Shown here: positions 30,301 through 35,209 of the stretch, one piece after another | Layout of the letters: each line of letters starts with the position of its first letter | Position numbering within the stretch: the stretch's first letter is position 1 | Translations under genes and position numbers: made by a program | Assembly (NCBI GenBank): GCA_032718475.1 | Contig: JAUCBJ010007782.1 | Coordinates: 1-35,209 of the forward strand | Source: Nemertoderma westbladi | Taxonomy: Eukaryota; Animalia; Xenacoelomorpha | Length of the DNA: 35,209 nucleotides | Direction of reading: 5' to 3' | Notes under the pieces: model-generated | Told to the model about the DNA's origin: nothing | Seen by the model: only the letters and a program-made list of their open reading frames with translations | Database searches by the model: none

Positions 30301-32955
30301 ACATACAGTACATACAAAATGTACACTACTGTAGTACGTTACCACATACGGTACATACAAAATGTACACTACTGTAGTACGTTAACACATACGGTACATA
30401 CAAAATGTACACTACTGTAGTACGTTAACACATACAGTACATACAAAATGTACACTACTGTAGCACGTTAACACATACAGTACATACAAAATGTACACTA
30501 CTGTAGTACGTTACCACATACGGTACATACAAAATGTACACTACTGTAGTACGTTACCACATACGGTACATACAAAATGTACACTACTGTAGTACGTTAA
30601 CACATACGGTACATACAAAATGTACACTACTGTAGTACGTTAACACATACAGTACATACAAAATGTACACTACTGTAGTACGTTAACACATACAGTACAT
30701 ACAAAATGTACACTACTGTAGTACGTTACCACATACGGTACATACAAAATGTACACTACTGTAGTACGTTAACACATACGGTACATACAAAATGTACACT
30801 ACTGTAGTACGTTAACACATACAGTACATACAAAATGTACACTACTGTAGTACGTTACCACATACGGTACATACAAAATGTACACTACTGTAGTACGTTA
30901 ACACATACGGTACATACAAAATGTACACTACTGTAGTACGTTAAAACATACGGTACATACAAAATGTACACTACTGTAGTACGTTAACACATACGGTACA
31001 TACAAAATGTACACTAATGTAGTACGTTAACACATACGGTACATACAAAATGTACACTACTGTAGCACGTTAACACATACAGTACATACAAAATGTACAC
31101 TACTGTAGTACGTTAACACTTACAGTACATACAAAATGTACGCTACTGTAGTACGTTAACACATAGTATATACAAAATGTACACTACTGTAGTACGTTAA
31201 CACATAGTATATACAAAATGTACACTACTGTAGTACGTTAACACATAGTATATACAAAATGTACACTACTGTAGTACGTTACCACATACAGTACATACAA
31301 AATGTACACTACTGTAGTACGTTAACACATAGTATATACAAAATGTACACTACTGTAGTACGTTACCACATACACAGTACATACAAAATGTACGCTACTG
31401 TAGTACGTTAACACATACGGTACATACAAAATGTACACTACTGTAGTACGTTAACACATACAGTACATACAAAATGTACACTACTGTAGTACGTTAACAC
31501 ATACGGTACATACAAAATGTACACTAATGTAGTACGTTAACACATACGGTACATACAAAATGTACACTACTGTAGCACGTTAACACATACAGTACATACA
31601 AAATGTACACTACTGTAGCACGTTAACACTTACAGTACATACAAAATGTACACTACTGTAGTACGTTAACACATAGTATATACAAAATGTACACTACTGT
31701 AGTACGTTACCACATACAGTACATACAAAATGTACACTACTGTAGTACGTTAACACATAGTATATACAAAATGTACGCTACTGTAGTACGTTACCACATA
31801 CAGTACATACAAAATGTACACTACTGTAGTACGTTAACACATAGTATATACAAAATGTACACTACTGTAGTACGTTACCACATACACAGTACATACAAAA
31901 TGTACGCTACTGTAGTACGTTAACACATACGGTACATACAAAATGTACACTACTGTAGTACGTTAACACATACAGTACATACAAAATGTACACTACTGTA
32001 GTACGTTAACACATACGGTACATACAAAATGTACACTAATGTAGTACGTTAACACATACGGTACATACAAAATGTACACTACTGTAGCACGTTAACACAT
32101 ACAGTACATACAAAATGTACACTACTGTAGTACGTTAACACTTACAGTACATACAAAATGTACACTACTGTAGTACGTTAACACATAGTATATACAAAAT
32201 GTACACTACTGTAGTACGTTAACACATAGTATATACAAAATGTACGCTACTGTAGTACGTTACCACATACAGTACATACAAAATGTACACTACTGTAGTA
32301 CGTTAACACATAGTATATACAAAATGTACACTACTGTAGTACGTTACCACATACAGTACATACAAAATGTACACTACTGTAGTACGTTAACACATAGTAT
32401 ATACAAAATGTACACTACTGTAGTACGTTACCACATACACAGTACATACAAAATGTACGCTACTGTAGTACGTTAACACATACGGTACATACAAAATGTA
32501 CACTACTGTAGTACGTTAACACATACAGTACATACAAAATGTACACTACTGTAGTACGTTAACACATACGGTACATACAAAATGTACACTAATGTAGTAC
32601 GTTAACACATACGGTACATACAAAATGTACACTACTGTAGCACGTTACCACATACAGTACATACAAAATGTACACTAATGTAGTACGTTAACACATACGG
32701 TACATACAAAATGTACACTACTGTAGCACGTTACCACATACAGTACATACAAAATGTACGCTACTGTAGCACGTTACCACATACAGTACATACAAAATGT
32801 ACACTACTGTAGTACGTTAACACATAGTATATACAAAATGTACACTACTGTAGCACGTTACCACATACAGTACATACAAAATGTACGCTACTGTAGTACG
32901 TTACCACATACAGTACATACAAAATGTACGCTACTGTAGTACGTTAAAACATACA
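24303..32955. repeat. 43-bp satellite, about 200 copies, consensus CAGTACATACAAAATGTACACTACTGTAGTACGTTAACACATA
   Basis: AAAATGTAC at 24364, 24407 and onward. 41-bp and 45-bp length variants and recurring SNP variants occur. Confidence 0.98.
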
Positions 32956-33003
32956 TACAATAATATAAATAGGCCTACCAAGCCACATCAATCTAATTTA
33001 TAA

Positions 33004-33554
33004 CCCTTGGTCATGGGTTTAATACAACTTCCACTAATTACAGTAGCACACGATGTTGTAACTACAGAAAACTCCCACAATTTCAGGATCAATCCTTGGC
33101 CTACTCCTACTGTACAGAACAATAGTTTTGCACTGTTTTTCAAAGTTTCCCGTGGCCTTTCGGTAGCTTGACAAAATTTACTTCTCCGCGGAAAGTTGAT
33201 AGATATTTTCAATTGTGTATTACCGAAAATTTTAAATATGTATCTGACAAAAACGCTCTTAGTGACGTAATTTCGGCTGTCCATGATGATTCTCAGAATT
33301 TGGTTTGAATTTGAAAGACCCTTTGTGTTCTCAAAATTCGTCAATGACAATTTGCGGTTAATAATAATGTAATAATTGCGCGCTCGCGAAAACAAATAAT
33401 TAATCAAATAGGCCTAGTGACAATTCATTATTAAACATCTAGGCCTACTGTCACACCAAATTTTTATGTGAACATAACAGCATAATAAAATACCTGTGCC
33501 ACTATATAAACTATAACTGTACATTAAAATAAAATACAAACCAATGACCAAGGG
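33004..33554. mobile_element. piggyBac-type MITE (551 bp)
   Basis: TIRs CCCTTGGTCATGGGTTT and AAACCAATGACCAAGGG (1 mismatch in 17), flanked by ATAA (33000-33003) and TTAA (33555-33558), consistent with a TTAA target duplication. Confidence 0.8.
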
Positions 33555-34162
33555 TTAACATGGATGGTGTGATGTAACTGAGACTCTAAACATTATTAAA
33601 TGTATAGATTTAATTAGTTTTTAGACGATCTCTTCTTTCCAGACCCCCAACCTGCGCTGCTCCAAACCTCCCCTTTCCTCCAACAGTCAACCGCGCTAGG
33701 GCGAGAGTTTTTCATTTGCGGTCCAGATGTGGTTTTCAGTGGCGGCAGTTGGACTTTGGTACCTAAAAAACAGAGGTGATAATTAATTAATACATTTACA
33801 ACATGCCACCAACGATCAATCAGCCAAATGATAATATATATTAATAGATAATGTAGGCCTGCAGTACTGATGTACAGTCTGATTGTCTGACAATCTGATA
33901 GTCAGACAGTTGATCGATTACATAGAGCAGTGTAGTCAGTAGAGATGTCACCACCATTCTCCAGTTCTCTGATTCTGATTGGTCGTGGAACTGCATGACT
34001 GCATGATTACCGATCTACTGCTCTAGAGCAGTCTAGTGTCAGTACCATACCAGCATGCTGCAATAGTGAATATACTAGGAACTAAATTATAGTTATATAT
34101 AATAGTAATAGTTATAGTTAGTTATATTAATAGTTATAGTAGTTATAGACGAACAAGCAGTA

Positions 34163-34399
34163 ACTTACAACAAGATCTTATCTGCAATGATTGACAAATA
34201 TGCCCCGATGAAAACCAAAGCAATCACTGAACGTTCAGGTCCTAAATGGTTTACCACAAGCGCAAGAAGTTTGAAAGCACAACGATGAGCAGCTGAACGA
34301 CGCTGGCGACAGTCGAAATCTCCTACCGATTTGGAAGAATTTAAGCGAATACGAAAACTCTACGCTGTTAAGTTAATCGCAGATCGCAGGGCTTTCTAC
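34163..34399 (+). mobile_element. Decayed L2/CR1-group LINE fragment (APE-RT linker)
   Basis: Translates TYNKILSAMIDKYAPMKTKAITERSGPKWFT...LKAQR*AAERRWRQSKS, homologous to LYNDTL...HVP......KWY.....KRKRRQLERRYRKSK at ~11650-11810. Confidence 0.8.
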
Positions 34400-34403
34400 C
34401 GCG

Positions 34404-34436
34404 CAGTGCCGGATTAAGCCTCTGGTGGCCCTAAGG
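34404..34436 (+). mobile_element. Possible hAT-type transposon terminus; partner not seen
   Basis: CAGTGCCGGATTAAG...GGCCCTAAGGCA begins where the L2 fragment stops. CAG(T/G)GCCGG is a common hAT end. A similar CAGTGGCGG lies at 33737. Confidence 0.4.
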
Positions 34437-34904
34437 CACATTTTAGTAATTTCCAAAAATGGCCCGAAAGTTGATATTTTTCCGCAAACCCTTTCAAAAG
34501 AAAAAGCTGCTAAAAACAACTGAAATTTGAAAATGTTGCGAAGGAAATATAAAGTATTTTCGTTGGATGACTGCGTGTAAATAAGTACTAAGTACTATTT
34601 TGTGATAGACAAAGTGTAGCAAATCGTTACAAAATCGGTTCTAGAAGATCCAAATGGCGATGTTTTACAAACCAATATTCACGATTGTAGCCCTAAAGAT
34701 GCTAAACATTTTGGTATATGTTTAATGGAAATGGAATAAAAAATAAAAAAGTAGTAGGGAATTTAGTGATGAAAAAAGTCAAAATCGACAAACTGAAAAA
34801 AAGGTTGTTTTATACAGAGAGGCATAAATATCAGCAATATATTATGTTGTTGAAAAGAGCAGTTTTGAGGTCAAAAAATAATTCAAAGCATAAAAGCATA
34901 ATTC

Positions 34905-35209
34905 AGCTGCATTTTTAAGAATGCTGTGCCGGCTTGTCAACAAAATTGCACCGCCACAACTCCCTATCACCCATGACATTTGCTAGATCATCCGCATCTT
35001 TAAGGCCAGTGTCCTTTAAGATGCGTCTCAAGAAAGTCATGGGCTGTCCACCATGCTTATTCACTCCATGAGGCTGCCAAAGTACAAGATTATGCACTGG
35101 CTGGTCCTCACGGCGAAAGCAATGTCCTGCAAAGCGGAGGCGATTTTGTTCTAGTGTCAAGCTTGGGGGAACCAATGAGACACCTCCAATGTTATATAGT
35201 GTCTGATTG
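34905..35209 (-). mobile_element. RTE family A 3' region lacking its terminal tail; runs off the window end
   Basis: ORF 34915..35175 is nearly identical to 33..371. Homology stops at CAGCTGCATT (34905), before GCATGCCGATCCTAG. Confidence 0.92.

Noticed and set aside
25227-32939. Repeated MYTTVARYHIQY... ORFs
   Set aside because: Translations of the 43-bp satellite; useful only as markers of higher-order repeats.
24303-32955. 43-bp array, and the 30-, 33- and 38-bp arrays, as CRISPR
   Set aside because: Head-to-tail monomers with no unique spacers, no cas genes, and a eukaryotic context.

Overview
This is repeat-dense, AT-rich animal (probably invertebrate) genomic DNA, not prokaryotic. It holds one intact host gene, a GC-rich nucleoporin Nup93/Nic96 CDS with no coding introns (18755-21214, minus strand). 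The gene sits between a 20-bp satellite (~10.4-18.3 kb) and a 43-bp satellite with higher-order structure (~24.3-33.0 kb). The rest is nested mobile DNA. It includes five pieces of one (TAG)n-tailed RTE LINE family, a second RTE family, a Bel/Pao gag cut by an RTE insertion, and an L2 LINE with an in-frame 30-bp minisatellite. There are also a CRE-type endonuclease fragment, an inverted pair of tRNA-derived SINE heads, an IS3EU-like end, and piggyBac-, hAT- and TIR-type remnants. The best unexplained signal is the ~3.5-kb non-coding region upstream of the gag (3230-6740). It has 12 palindromic ACCGGT sites in two arrays, a tandemly duplicated 123-nt module that is far more conserved than its flanks and folds into a multibranch structure, and a run of hairpins. 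All family calls come from motif recognition by eye; no searches or folding programs were run.
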